Assembly: GCA_021735245.1 (NCBI GenBank)
Contig: JAIPHJ010000008.1
Coordinates: forward strand, 10 to 64,009
Length of the DNA stretch: 64,000 nucleotides
From: Candidatus Bipolaricaulota bacterium
Lineage (GTDB): Bacteria > Bipolaricaulota > Bipolaricaulia > M55B111
Direction: 5' to 3'
Part shown: positions 9,879-19,894 of the stretch, piece after piece
How positions within the stretch are numbered: position 1 is the stretch's first letter
Layout: each line of letters starts with the position of its first letter
Made by a program: the position numbers and the translations under genes
Notes under the pieces: model-generated
The model's input: only the letters and a program-made list of their open reading frames with translations
Databases searched by the model: none
Told to the model about the DNA's origin: nothing

Positions 9879-10715
9879 CTAGATAGAATATTCCTGGGTC
9901 TTTTCTCCCCCTCCGGTCTCGATCCTCTCCCTCAGCCGGCTGGATAGGTAGTCTATACCCCAGACCATGAGCACTATCAACATCGTCAGCACGACCGCTT
10001 TCGGAAAGTTCCATTTATTGATATAGCTATAGAGACGCATACCTATTCCTCCCCCGCCAACTATTCCAATTATCGTCGCCATTCTCACGTTGATATCCAG
10101 CCTGTAAAGGGTAAATGAAAGGTAGGGGTTAATAATCTGGGGGATCACTCCGTAAGCCAATACCAGCAACTTCCCCGCCCCCGTAGCTCTAATTGCTTCC
10201 ATTGGCCCGACGTCTATACTCTCGACTCTTTCGGAGAAAAGCTTCGTCATGTCGGCGACGGAGTGGATCCAGAGAGCCAGCACGCCGGGAAACGGTCCCG
10301 TCCGAACCCATACGACGAATATAATTGCCCAGATAATCGGCTGGATGGAGCGAATAACGCTTGCCAGACCTCTGACAGCCGTGTAAATCGCCTTTGCAAC
10401 CGGGGAGTTCATCAGGTTTTTCGCGCCGAGGAATGAAAGGACTATGGCAAAAGGTAAAGCAAGGGCCGTTGCCATGAAGGCCATGTACAGGGTCTTAATC
10501 AGCAGGATTACCCCTTCTCCAAATACGGACCAGTCCGGTTTGGCAAATGCCGACCATAATTTTAGAGTGCTGGGGAAGTTTTCTATCAGGAGAGAGAGGT
10601 CCAGGTTTATCCTGTTTAATGCTACCAGGAAAGCGACGGCGAAAAGAACGGCTATCCCCAGATTTCTCCAGAACGGCCAGGAACTTCTTTCCGGTATTTC
10701 TGTTTCCTGGTTCAT
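9879..10715 (-). CDS. phnE: Phosphonate/phosphite ABC transporter permease
   Basis: MEAIRATGA EAA loop; YRLDINVRMATIIGIVGGGGIG PhnE signature. Confidence 0.85.
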   Translation of the reverse strand: MNQETEIPERSSWPFWRNLGIAVLFAVAFLVALNRINLDLSLLIENFPSTLKLWSAFAKPDWSVFGEGVILLIKTLYMAFMATALALPFAIVLSFLGAKNLMNSPVAKAIYTAVRGLASVIRSIQPIIWAIIFVVWVRTGPFPGVLALWIHSVADMTKLFSERVESIDVGPMEAIRATGAGKLLVLAYGVIPQIINPYLSFTLYRLDINVRMATIIGIVGGGGIGMRLYSYINKWNFPKAVVLTMLIVLMVWGIDYLSSRLRERIETGGGEKTQEYSI

Positions 10716-11791
10716 ACTATCTTCTCCCTCGCTTTACCACTGATATAGTCGAGCAACCAGACCACCGTAGCGATAACTATGGTTACCGCCCCTACCTGGT
10801 TCCAGTCCAGCTGGCTCTTGTAGTAGAAGAAGAACCGGCCGATTCCCCCTCCGCCTACCAGAGCAATTACGGTCGCCATTCGGACGTTGATGTCGAGCCG
10901 GTAGAGCAGGAATGCGGTATACTGCGGTATCACCTGAGGGACAGCTCCGTACCTGACTATCTGCCAGAACGAAGCGCCGGTGGCCTGAACGGCTTCGATT
11001 GGCCCTTTCTTTATCGACTCCACCTGTTCTGAGAACAGCTTTGCCAGGGCAGCCATCGAGTGAATGAGCAAAGCGAACGTTCCGGCGGCCGGGCCCCAGC
11101 CAACCCAGATCGCGAAGACTATGGCCCACAGAAGGCTCTCCACCGACCTCACCACGTTGAAGAAGGCCCTGGTGACGTAGAAGATCGTCTTTCTGAAAAG
11201 GCTTCCACCCATGATATTTCTCGCGCCCAGAAATCCCAGGGGAGCGGCGAGAACTCCTCCGAGAAGAGTTGCCAGGTAGGCCATGAACAAGGTGTCTACG
11301 AGGCTGCCCAGTATAGTATCATTGAGCTCCGGGTCTATGTTCATTAGATGAGTGAAATCCGGGTGCGACAGGCCGTACCAGAGGTGAGAAGTCTTCGAGG
11401 CTCTGCGGGTTATTATTCCGAGCTCCATGTCAGTGGTCAACCAGCCGACCCAGAACGTAAGGACGATCAGTACCACCGTGGTAATTCCCCAGTTGGTCAG
11501 AGCCCAGGTCTTACGGGGCGCCCTTTCTTTACCCTTTATCGTCTTGAGGCCGACGCTTATTCCGAACCTTTCGCTGGCCAGAGCACACCCTAAAGTCCCG
11601 AGAACCGTTAGAGCCCAGCCCCACGGTTCCAGGGTTAAAGACCCGTACCAATCCACGTACTGGGTATACCAGTAGCTGTCGAGGAGAAAAATTACCGTGT
11701 AGGCAAGGTAACCCCAGATCAACCAGTCAAGTAACAGGGGCTTAATTCCCTCGGCCAGGTCAGGAAATGTGAACCTTTTCGGCTTCTTCAC
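10712..11791 (-). CDS. phnE: Phosphonate/phosphite ABC transporter permease with N-terminal TM extension
   Basis: IEAVQATGA; YRLDINVRMATVIALVGGGGIG. Confidence 0.85.
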   Translation of the reverse strand: MKKPKRFTFPDLAEGIKPLLLDWLIWGYLAYTVIFLLDSYWYTQYVDWYGSLTLEPWGWALTVLGTLGCALASERFGISVGLKTIKGKERAPRKTWALTNWGITTVVLIVLTFWVGWLTTDMELGIITRRASKTSHLWYGLSHPDFTHLMNIDPELNDTILGSLVDTLFMAYLATLLGGVLAAPLGFLGARNIMGGSLFRKTIFYVTRAFFNVVRSVESLLWAIVFAIWVGWGPAAGTFALLIHSMAALAKLFSEQVESIKKGPIEAVQATGASFWQIVRYGAVPQVIPQYTAFLLYRLDINVRMATVIALVGGGGIGRFFFYYKSQLDWNQVGAVTIVIATVVWLLDYISGKAREKIV

Positions 11792-12521
11792 CGAATACCT
11801 CCTTGAATTTCTGATCGTCTATTCCCTTAGGATGACCGTCGTAGACGATCTTGCCACCTTTTAAACCGATAGCTCGGGTTCCGTACTTCCTGACCAGGTC
11901 CAAAAAGTGAAGACTGGTAATTACCGTCTTTCCCTGGTCGTTTATCTCGGCTAAGTAGTCCATTATAGTTCCGGAAGTTGCTGGATCGAGGCTGGAGACG
12001 GGTTCGTCGGCCAAGAGAAGTTTCGGGTCCTGCATCAGTGCCCGGGCGATACCCACCCTTTGTTGCTGCCCTCCGCTCAGTTCGTCGGCTCGCTTGAAAG
12101 CCTGTTCCGGTATTCCGACCGTTTTAAGCTTTTCGTGGGCAGTCTGCTTCATCTCCTCCGGAAAGCGACCAAGCATGCTCCTCCAGAAGCTGAGTTCACC
12201 CAGCTGACCGGTAAGGACGTTGGTTAATACCAGAGAGCGTTCTATCAGGTTGAATCTTTGAAAAACCATGGCTATTTCTTTGCGGATGGCCTTTAATTCC
12301 TTGCTGGAGGCGGTTGTTACCTCTTTCCCCTCGAATTTTATGCTGCCTTCCGTCGGTTCGATTAACCGGTTGATACAGCGAAGCAGGGTAGATTTTCCCG
12401 AGCCGGATAACCCTATGACTACGAGAAATTCCCCTTGCTCTACTTCAAAGGAAATATCGTCCAGGGCAAGGACGTCCGGCGGGTATACCTTCGACAGGTT
12501 GTTGATTTCTAATTGAGCCAA
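11760..12521 (-). CDS. phnC: Phosphonate ABC transporter ATP-binding protein
   Basis: GLSGSGKS Walker A, LSGGQQQRVGIARAL, LADEPVSSLDP. Confidence 0.9.
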   Translation of the reverse strand: MAQLEINNLSKVYPPDVLALDDISFEVEQGEFLVVIGLSGSGKSTLLRCINRLIEPTEGSIKFEGKEVTTASSKELKAIRKEIAMVFQRFNLIERSLVLTNVLTGQLGELSFWRSMLGRFPEEMKQTAHEKLKTVGIPEQAFKRADELSGGQQQRVGIARALMQDPKLLLADEPVSSLDPATSGTIMDYLAEINDQGKTVITSLHFLDLVRKYGTRAIGLKGGKIVYDGHPKGIDDQKFKEVFGEEAEKVHIS

Positions 12522-12549
12522 GTTATTTCTCCCCCTCCGTGGGTAACAA

Positions 12550-12587
12550 ACTGAGAGGGCCGGAAGGCGAATTCCGGCCCTCTCAGT
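12550..12587 (-). terminator. Perfect 16-bp stem-loop between phnD and phnC
   Basis: ACTGAGAGGGCCGGAA / TTCCGGCCCTCTCAGT. Confidence 0.65.
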
Positions 12588-12602
12588 AAATGAATAATTC
12601 GG

Positions 12603-13643
12603 TTATTCTTCGTCAGGCACCGGGTAACCGACCAGTTCTCTGTAACCGTCGTAGTAATCGTCAGAAATCCTTTCCACGTCGGTCCACTCGTAGAAGTTAG
12701 AGTCTCCCCAGAGCTTGGAGCCTTCTTCCGTCCTGATGTGCTCGACGACTGCTTCGACTATCTTGTCTTCCATTGCCTTCGGAAAGTCGTTTACGAAAGT
12801 CAGCGCGTCGTTGGGCATCGGGCCGAAGGTTGCTACGACACCGATCTTATCGATGACTTCCCAATAGTCGTACATGCCCGTGTCGGCGGCCGCCTGTCGC
12901 GCATCGTAGATTTTACCCCTCAATTCCTCGGGGTAGAGCTTGTCCAGGGCGTGGTTCCAGATCCAGATTTCGGGGTCGTCGCCGTATTCCCAGTCAAAGT
13001 ATACTCCGTCGGGCGGGGTCGGAGGCGAACCGTAGGCAGTTGCGAAGTCACCTCTTTCCTCCAGCAAGGCTATTATTGAGGCGGTATGTCCCCCACTTTC
13101 GACTTTGTCGTCTATCTCGACTCCGTAGTTGTCGAATATTTTGTTTGGAACTACGTAACCCGACGTGCTTCCCACGTCGTTATAGATCCAGGTCTTTCCT
13201 TCCAGTGCTTCCAGTGCACCTTCCGTGGTCGGATGGTAATCAAATTCGTCCCGCCAGCCGTAGACGCTTGCGAAGTAATAGGGGTATCCGTATCGGACTG
13301 CCGCGAGCCTCGGATGAACCCCGCCGTCAGTCTCCTGGTAGAGCCGGGTGTACTGATTGGTGGTGGGCGTGGCCATCGTGTCGCCGTCAGCAGCCTTTAC
13401 TGCTTCAATTAGTGCCGCGTAATCGGCCGTCACGTGGGGCTCGATGTAGATATCCGTCATTTCGAAAAGGTCCTTCGCAATTTCGTTCGCCACATCTTCT
13501 ATGACCGTGGCGTTCGTGGACGGGGGAAAGAGCCACTGAACAGGATTCTTTTTCGTGCCTAATTCCGCGCTCAAAGCGCCAACACTTAGAAGTCCTACTG
13601 CCAGGACCAGAACAAACGTCAACTTAGCTTTTTTTAGCCACAT
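12603..13643 (-). CDS. phnD: Phosphate/phosphite/phosphonate ABC transporter substrate-binding protein
   Basis: Signal peptide; DYAALIEA, STSGYVVP, GGHTASI, MPND motifs; upstream of phnCEE. Confidence 0.8.
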   Translation of the reverse strand: MWLKKAKLTFVLVLAVGLLSVGALSAELGTKKNPVQWLFPPSTNATVIEDVANEIAKDLFEMTDIYIEPHVTADYAALIEAVKAADGDTMATPTTNQYTRLYQETDGGVHPRLAAVRYGYPYYFASVYGWRDEFDYHPTTEGALEALEGKTWIYNDVGSTSGYVVPNKIFDNYGVEIDDKVESGGHTASIIALLEERGDFATAYGSPPTPPDGVYFDWEYGDDPEIWIWNHALDKLYPEELRGKIYDARQAAADTGMYDYWEVIDKIGVVATFGPMPNDALTFVNDFPKAMEDKIVEAVVEHIRTEEGSKLWGDSNFYEWTDVERISDDYYDGYRELVGYPVPDEE

Positions 13644-13845
13644 TGGGCTATCCCTCCTGAAAAACCCTTGTCGGGCTTAATTAGAAAAATTTTTGTCAAG
13701 GAACCAGAATGAAGTTCCTTAACAATTTTGATAGAACCACTAATTTATAGTAAATCTTTTACCGGGCGAAGGCAAATAGTAGGGGGCCTGGTTTCGTTAT
13801 CGAGTATTGTTTTAGCTCGAGAGAGAGTAGTTACGGACCGGGAGA

Positions 13846-14340
13846 TTACCCCTGAAGCACAGTACTTTCGTAGTCGGAGGTAATTAACAGGTCCGCTCTA
13901 TTTCTATGAGTGGATATTATCTCGTGCTCCCGTTCCAGGACGTCTTCGAAGAACGGCTCCATCCTGTCCCGGCCCCGCCGTTTTCGGTCCTCGTAGGTTT
14001 GCCTGTAGTCCCTATCGATGAAAATTCGAAAGTCAGCGAATTCTAGCATTGTCGTGTAGGTTCCTTCGGCAATTAAAACTCCGTATTTCCCCACTTCCTT
14101 GACTTCGGTGGTAATTCTGTCCGCGTCGTAATCGACCAGCGGCTTGTATATTGAATCATCTCCTCTCTTGAAAGAGCGGAGGTTTGCGTCGAGGAAATCG
14201 AGCTTTACTTCGTAGGTTCCAACCTGATCTATGTTCTTCCTGCGCATTTCGTGGTTGGTTTGCGGGGGAAAGACGAAGTAATCGTCCTGCTGAAGAATAC
14301 CGGCTAGGAGTCCTTTTCCCCGCTGGGGAAGTTTCGGAGG
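13846..14340 (-). pseudogene. 5'-truncated uridine-kinase-like P-loop kinase
   Basis: Frame extends upstream of the ORF as ..GILQQDDYFVFPP.. and then meets TAA; IAEGTY and RIFID motifs present, Walker A absent. Confidence 0.6.
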
Positions 14341-14419
14341 TTACCCCCGAAGCCCCTGATAAAACCCTGTGGCATGATTGTGTATTCTATAAGTATTGCC
14401 TTTCTCTAGTTTAAATTGA

Positions 14420-15580
14420 CTATCTGCCAACAATGCCATCTAAACCGACAGGCAAACAGGCAGACCATAATTGTTTATCACACCCTAGGGGGTATAGTTT
14501 TCCATTTTTCCAACCGAAAAGTTCGTAAAACCCATGTTTGTCCAGCGCATTGAGAACTCTGCTTCCCCCGGTAACCAACCAGGGCTGATTGAATTTGTTG
14601 CCACTCTTGGCGATAAAATACTGTTCAAAAGGCCATACGGACCCCAAATGATAACTATCGGGGGAATAATCCGGTTGATCGGGTCTGTAGGTCCGAAATC
14701 CATAAGGAGTCAATAACGTTTTAGATTTTTCCATAATCTTCTCTAACTTTTTTTTGGGAATATCTTCCGGTTCGAGATAAGCAAGGGCGTGTAACCCGTC
14801 GGAACTTATTCCTGAAATTAGCCCAAGTTCGTCTTTCGCAATAGCAAAAAATTCGATTTGATCATCCCAGAAAACAGATAAAAGCGCATCCGCCATTTCT
14901 TTTGCTGTTTTTTTTAACTCGCCCTGGCTAAAGGATAGTTCGACCACGCCCGCTAACTTCACCGACTCCCTCAGGGCCGCTATCGTTTGGGCTTGGACTA
15001 ACATATACGCTATAGGGTAATGTGGATGCTCTCTGGAGGGAAGTCTATCGTCCTTCCAGTAAGTAGATTTGAGTGCGTAGCGGTTTGCTCCGCAATAAGA
15101 TGGATCTTCCCAGAAGAGACCTTCTCTTATATGGTTGAATAAATAGTTGAGGGATTTTTGGATGGAGCTTTCGCGGTTCTTTATAAATGCATGATATCCT
15201 TCATCCAGGAGCTTTCCAAGGCCTATCAGGGCTAACTGGGTGGTGTCCGAAGCGTTATATCGTGTTTCTCGGCCCCTCAAATTAACGTGGTCGTGCTCGT
15301 GTATTATCTTGCCTGGTTCCTCACCAGTTTGAGGATCTTGAGTTTTTCCTTGAGTTAAACAGGCAAACTTCACCACTTGGCGCAGAAAATCGGAATCGTC
15401 CAATATAAATGCCGAGAGGAATAGATCCCTTGCAAACAATCCAAATCTTGTTTCCCCATCCTTTATTCCGGCGTTGTACAGTGTAAATTCTTTGTTATTA
15501 ATTCGGGGATTTACTCGTAGTTCTTCAATTACCCTTTGTCCTGCCTTAATAGTTCTTTGAAGAAGCTTAGTTTCATCCAA
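14420..15580 (-). CDS. Amylo-alpha-1,6-glucosidase/glycogen-debranching-type glycoside hydrolase
   Basis: LFARDL, GEEPGKIIHE, YWKD, YGFRT, SYHLGSVWP, QLWSA motifs. Confidence 0.8.
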   Translation of the reverse strand: MDETKLLQRTIKAGQRVIEELRVNPRINNKEFTLYNAGIKDGETRFGLFARDLFLSAFILDDSDFLRQVVKFACLTQGKTQDPQTGEEPGKIIHEHDHVNLRGRETRYNASDTTQLALIGLGKLLDEGYHAFIKNRESSIQKSLNYLFNHIREGLFWEDPSYCGANRYALKSTYWKDDRLPSREHPHYPIAYMLVQAQTIAALRESVKLAGVVELSFSQGELKKTAKEMADALLSVFWDDQIEFFAIAKDELGLISGISSDGLHALAYLEPEDIPKKKLEKIMEKSKTLLTPYGFRTYRPDQPDYSPDSYHLGSVWPFEQYFIAKSGNKFNQPWLVTGGSRVLNALDKHGFYELFGWKNGKLYPLGCDKQLWSACLPVGLDGIVGR

Positions 15581-15592
15581 GGGAACTCTCCA

Positions 15593-16453
15593 TTATCCCT
15601 TAACCGAACCCGCCAAAATCCCTCGGACGAAATACCTTTGGAGGCTGAAGAACACGACCATCGGTAATACCATGGAGACAAAGGCGGCAGCGGTGAGTAG
15701 TTCCCAGTCCTGCCCTCGGGAGCCGACCAGGTTTGCTATCTTAAGTGTAAGTGGGGCTACTTCGGGAGAACCGCCGAGATATATCAGGGCTACCAGCAAA
15801 TCGTTCCAGACCCAGAGGAATTGAAAGATGAAGACGGAAGATATTGCTGGGACTGATAAAGGTAATACTATCCTGAAGAATATTTGAAGGGTTGAGGCCC
15901 CGTCTATCTCAGCTGAATCGAAGAGGTCGCTGGGTAAGCCGGCGATGAAATTGTGAAGAAGAAATACGGTCAGCGGCAACCCGTACCCAGTGTGAGCTAG
16001 CCAGATTCCCGGAAAAGTTCCTGCCAGCTTCAAGCTAGAGAAGATTCTATAGATAGGGATAAATGTCATCTGTAGAGGAATGACGAGCAGTCCCACTACC
16101 ACCATGAAGATATAGTCACGCCCCGGAAAGTCCATCCAGGCGAAGGCGTATGCGGCAAACCCGGCCAATAGTATCGGGATGAGTGTGGCCGGTATTGAGA
16201 TAAACAAGCTATTTATGAACGCCCTTCCCAGGCCTTGCTGGGTCAGAACCGACTTATAATTCTGTAAAGTATATTGAGTAAAGTCAAAAGGGTGTTCAAA
16301 TACAGTCCACCAGCCGGAATTTACTACGTCGCCCGGTGCCCTAAACGAAGTCACCAGCAGACCGAGAGTAGGTAACAGCCAAACCAGAGCGATAACTAAT
16401 ATTACCAAGTGTGTTGGTCCTCTCGACACAAGATTCTTTATTCTATTAATCAT
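15593..16453 (-). CDS. Alpha-glucoside ABC transporter permease (AglG-like)
   Basis: SAEIDGAS EAA loop; QFLWVWNDLLVAL; QRYFVRGILAGSVKG. Confidence 0.85.
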   Translation of the reverse strand: MINRIKNLVSRGPTHLVILVIALVWLLPTLGLLVTSFRAPGDVVNSGWWTVFEHPFDFTQYTLQNYKSVLTQQGLGRAFINSLFISIPATLIPILLAGFAAYAFAWMDFPGRDYIFMVVVGLLVIPLQMTFIPIYRIFSSLKLAGTFPGIWLAHTGYGLPLTVFLLHNFIAGLPSDLFDSAEIDGASTLQIFFRIVLPLSVPAISSVFIFQFLWVWNDLLVALIYLGGSPEVAPLTLKIANLVGSRGQDWELLTAAAFVSMVLPMVVFFSLQRYFVRGILAGSVKG

Positions 16454-17319
16454 CGTATTTCCCTCTGCCTCCTGAACCTTCTGATGTTAATTATCATTAC
16501 CGGTATTATTAGAACGAGCAAAATTACGGCCAGCGTGCCGGCTCGACCGAAGTGTTGAAATTTGAACATTTCCTTGTACATTCGGTTTGCGATAACCTCA
16601 GTATTGTAGTTTCCGTTGGTCATTACGTAAACAAAGTCGAATATCTTGAGTACAAATACGACCATAGTTGTAGCTACCACGGCAATGGTCGGCCGCATTA
16701 GCGGTAGAGTTATATGCCAGAAGATTTGCCACTCGGTTGCCCCATCAACTCGGGCGGATTCCATCAACTGGCGAGGGATGTTCTTATAAGCGGCAGATAA
16801 TACCACCATGCAGAACCCCGTCCATATCCAAACACCCACAAAAATAATGAAGAAATTGTTCCATGGTTTTCTAATCAACCAAGCTATGGGTTCTCCGCCG
16901 AAAAACGTAACAACTCTGTTCAACAAACCTATCTGGGGAATTCCCGGAGGTCTCCAGGCGTAAACGAATTTCCATATTACGCTCGCCCCCACCATGGATA
17001 TGGCCATAGGGAGAAATATTACCGATTTAGCAACCGATTCGTAGGCCACGCGATCGAGCAAAACAGCTAGTACCAGGCCAAAAGAAACAGTGAGAGCTGT
17101 AAAGAAGAACACCCACAGAGCGTTGTTTCGGAAGGCAGTCACCATCGTCGGATTAGTGAAAGCAAAGACGTAGTTCTTAACGCCGACGAATTCCTGAGAG
17201 TTGGAACCGTAAAAGGAGAGTATTACAGTCTTGATGGATGGATAAATCAGAAAGAAGCTCAGAAGGATCACTACCGGAGCTATGTATAGCCACGGTTTTA
17301 CCTTACCAGCTCTAATCAA
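16450..17319 (-). CDS. Alpha-glucoside ABC transporter permease (AglF-like)
   Basis: PMAISMVGASVIWKFVY; ESARVDGA EAA loop. Confidence 0.85.
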   Translation of the reverse strand: MIRAGKVKPWLYIAPVVILLSFFLIYPSIKTVILSFYGSNSQEFVGVKNYVFAFTNPTMVTAFRNNALWVFFFTALTVSFGLVLAVLLDRVAYESVAKSVIFLPMAISMVGASVIWKFVYAWRPPGIPQIGLLNRVVTFFGGEPIAWLIRKPWNNFFIIFVGVWIWTGFCMVVLSAAYKNIPRQLMESARVDGATEWQIFWHITLPLMRPTIAVVATTMVVFVLKIFDFVYVMTNGNYNTEVIANRMYKEMFKFQHFGRAGTLAVILLVLIIPVMIINIRRFRRQREIR

Positions 17320-17343
17320 TATTTGACCCCCTAAATTAAAAGT

Positions 17344-17377
17344 AAAAAGAAGGAGGGTGTCCCCTCCTTCTTTTTTT
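17344..17377 (-). terminator. Stem-loop after the SBP gene
   Basis: AAAAAGAAGGAGGG-TGTC-CCCTCCTTCTTTTT. Confidence 0.65.
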
Positions 17378-17385
17378 ATGAGATC

Positions 17386-18648
17386 TTAGTAAGCTTCGTC
17401 TGCGCTCCTTTCGATAGTTTTCAGTACTCCTGTCAGGTCTTCGCCACTAACGTAGTCCATTACCCCTGTCCATAAAGTTCCCGAACCGACGGCCGAAGGC
17501 ATGAGATCGGATCCATCAAAACGGAACGTTTCCGCTTCGGAAAGGATTCCGGCAGCTTTGGCTGTTATGGGGTCCGGGTAAACTTCTGAGCTAACGTTGG
17601 TGTTCACCGCTAACTTACCTAACTCCTTAACCCAGACTTCCTGAGCCTCAGCCGAGGCGAGGAATTCCATTAACTTGTGTGTTTCCTCCGTGTCGGTAAA
17701 GGCACTTACGAGGTCGCCAGCACCCAGGAGGGGGCTCCCGTGCTCCTCGTCAATCGGAGGAAATTTGAAGATGTCATAGTCCTCTCCCGGCACTAAGTCA
17801 GGGTATTGATCCTTAATAAAGCTCTGAATGAAAGTAGCCTGACGATGCATATAACAGCGGGGAGGGTCCGTGAACAGGCCAGCCGGGGAGTCTCCGAAGT
17901 AAGTTGTCAGCGCTCCGGTGGTGCCCCCGAATACGTAATCAGGGTTCTTTATTATACTGCCAAATTTCTCCCAGGCCCTGTGGACGACCGCGTCCGTCCA
18001 TTCTATTTCATGGTTGACCCAAGCGTCGTACATATCTGGTCCGGCGGTTCTAAGCATGATATCCTCGATCCAATCCGTGCCAACCCAACCGCTTGCAGCG
18101 CCGCTCTCCAGACCTATACACCAGGGAGTTCCTCCATTCGCAACTATTTGATCCGAAAGATCGATTAACTCGTCCCAGGTTTCGGGCACTTTGTAGCCCT
18201 GTTTTTCGAATTCCTTGGGATTGTACCAGACCAGGCTTTTGAGATCTGCGGAAAGAAAAACTCCGTAAAGATTATCATTTACGGTTGCCAGATCTACGAA
18301 GGCTTGCGGGTGATCTTCAACTATTGATTTATCAATGTTAACCAGAGCACCTTTCTTTGCAAACTCCTCCATCTGCCCGGGATTGGGAATAGCCGCTACG
18401 TCGGGAGGATTTCCACCCTCTACCCTGGTTACCAGAACAGTGGCTATATCCCTACCGATGGATTCAACAGTAACGTCAATCCCCGTATCTTCTTCAAATA
18501 TTTTTACTGTTTTCTTGAAGGCTTCCAGTTCTTCCCCACTCCAGGTGACGGCAATACTTACCTTGTTATCCTGGGCGAAACCGACGATTGTCATAGCTCC
18601 TGCTAACAGTAATCCGATCAAAACAATACTAAAACTTTTCTTTACCAT
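17386..18648 (-). CDS. Alpha-glucoside ABC transporter substrate-binding protein (AglE-like)
   Basis: GNPPDVAAIPNPG, KSLVWYNP, WCIGLESGAASGWVGTDWIED, RFDGSDLMP. Confidence 0.85.
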   Translation of the reverse strand: MVKKSFSIVLIGLLLAGAMTIVGFAQDNKVSIAVTWSGEELEAFKKTVKIFEEDTGIDVTVESIGRDIATVLVTRVEGGNPPDVAAIPNPGQMEEFAKKGALVNIDKSIVEDHPQAFVDLATVNDNLYGVFLSADLKSLVWYNPKEFEKQGYKVPETWDELIDLSDQIVANGGTPWCIGLESGAASGWVGTDWIEDIMLRTAGPDMYDAWVNHEIEWTDAVVHRAWEKFGSIIKNPDYVFGGTTGALTTYFGDSPAGLFTDPPRCYMHRQATFIQSFIKDQYPDLVPGEDYDIFKFPPIDEEHGSPLLGAGDLVSAFTDTEETHKLMEFLASAEAQEVWVKELGKLAVNTNVSSEVYPDPITAKAAGILSEAETFRFDGSDLMPSAVGSGTLWTGVMDYVSGEDLTGVLKTIERSADEAY

Positions 18649-19122
18649 CGTTGACCCTCCTTTTGGATTAATTCCGGGTAAAAATTATTGATTGGCTGAG
18701 CTAAAAATTTTACCTTATAGTGGTTTAACATCACCTCCTTTTTCATATTACATACCCCCATACTTCCAAACATCGCTTTATTAACCCATTTGGTATTATC
18801 AAGCGTCCATTACAAATCCTGAGCAAAAACACGTACTAATTTGCAGTTGTCATTCTAATTCCCTTTACGGATTTAGACCAGCGGAGTTAAAGATATCTGC
18901 TCACTATTAATAAGAGACTTTTTTAGTGTCAGTTTCATCTATTTTGTAAAATGCCATCGTGTTTCTCGACCCGGAAAACCCTTAAAAAATTATATTGAAA
19001 ATCTGATTTCTGTCAAATACATATATAGCTGTATAGGGCGGCCTATATCTTAGCGATTCTCGCCTGGGGGGTGAATTTCCCCATGATTCGACCCAGGGAT
19101 GCCATTCTCTTATAATAAAAAT

Positions 19123-19638
19123 ATGAAGAAAATACTGCAAAACTTTGAGTTATCTTTTGGTTGTTTTGTCGGCTGGGGGCTGCTGTACCTTCTCTGGCTG
19201 GTTCTCTTTCGGAAGATCGACCCTGTCATTATGGTGAGCGGGGTCTTTGTCGCCGGATTCGTGGTTTTCTTGTACGGCAGGTTCGAACTTGCTGTCGATA
19301 TTCCCCTCCGATCACTGGCCCGTCCCTTGCTCTGGATCAAGTTCTTTACGTCCCTGGTTCTGGAGATAGGTAAGTCCACCGTCAGGACGTGTTACATCAT
19401 TTTGACCGGGAGGGTAAAGGGTAAGATAGTTGCTTACGATACTAAACTGGGGTCCGGGTCGGGAAGACTATTTTTGATAAACTCCATTACGCTTACTCCG
19501 ATAACCATTGGAATACTCTCCGAAAAAAACCTGGTATATATTCACCACCTACATATCGAAGACAGGGACGACTACGAAGCCGTCGTGGATAAGATCCGTT
19601 CTACTTTCGAAGATCCTCTTCTAAAGCTTCTGGGATAA
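19123..19638 (+). CDS. mnhE: Mrp/Mnh antiporter subunit E (MbhA-like); start moved to ATG 19123
   Basis: LINSITLTP motif, LYIH-like C-terminus; TATAAT 6 nt before the ATG. Confidence 0.8.
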   Translation: MKKILQNFELSFGCFVGWGLLYLLWLVLFRKIDPVIMVSGVFVAGFVVFLYGRFELAVDIPLRSLARPLLWIKFFTSLVLEIGKSTVRTCYIILTGRVKGKIVAYDTKLGSGSGRLFLINSITLTPITIGILSEKNLVYIHHLHIEDRDDYEAVVDKIRSTFEDPLLKLLG

Positions 19639-19642
19639 AGCG

Positions 19643-19894
19643 ATGATCAGGATTTCAATCGACGCTGTCGTTGGGTTGAGTCTTGTTCTTACTCTCTATC
19701 GGCTGTTTTACGGACCCAGCGTCCTCGATCGTCTTCTCGGTTATAGTTCGGTTACCGGGAAAATAGTAATTCTTCTGGCGGTAGAGGGAATAATGGGAGG
19801 GAGGCCGGTCTTCATCAACCTGGCTCTGATCTACGGAGTGTTGAGCTTTCTTGGAATTGTCATTATAGCGAGGTATATAGAACGAGAGGTATGA
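19643..19894 (+). CDS. mnhF: Mrp/Mnh antiporter subunit F
   Basis: RLFYGPSVLDRL; three TM segments. Confidence 0.85.
   Translation: MIRISIDAVVGLSLVLTLYRLFYGPSVLDRLLGYSSVTGKIVILLAVEGIMGGRPVFINLALIYGVLSFLGIVIIARYIEREV

Noticed and set aside
9864-9881. Minus-strand TAGCCGATTCCC after phnE resembling the start of a type B end
   Set aside because: Only about 10 nt match and no inner hairpin
10444-13504. Many 80-160 aa ORFs overlapping the phn operon, mostly on the plus strand
   Set aside because: Antisense or alternate-frame shadows of well-supported genes, with no motifs or RBS; the same applies to similar short ORFs across the window
19062-19098. GGGGTGAAT-containing hairpin before mnhE, suggestive of a c-di-AMP (ydaO) or Na+ riboswitch
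   Set aside because: The other conserved ydaO blocks are absent and the hairpin lies upstream of the apparent -10 box
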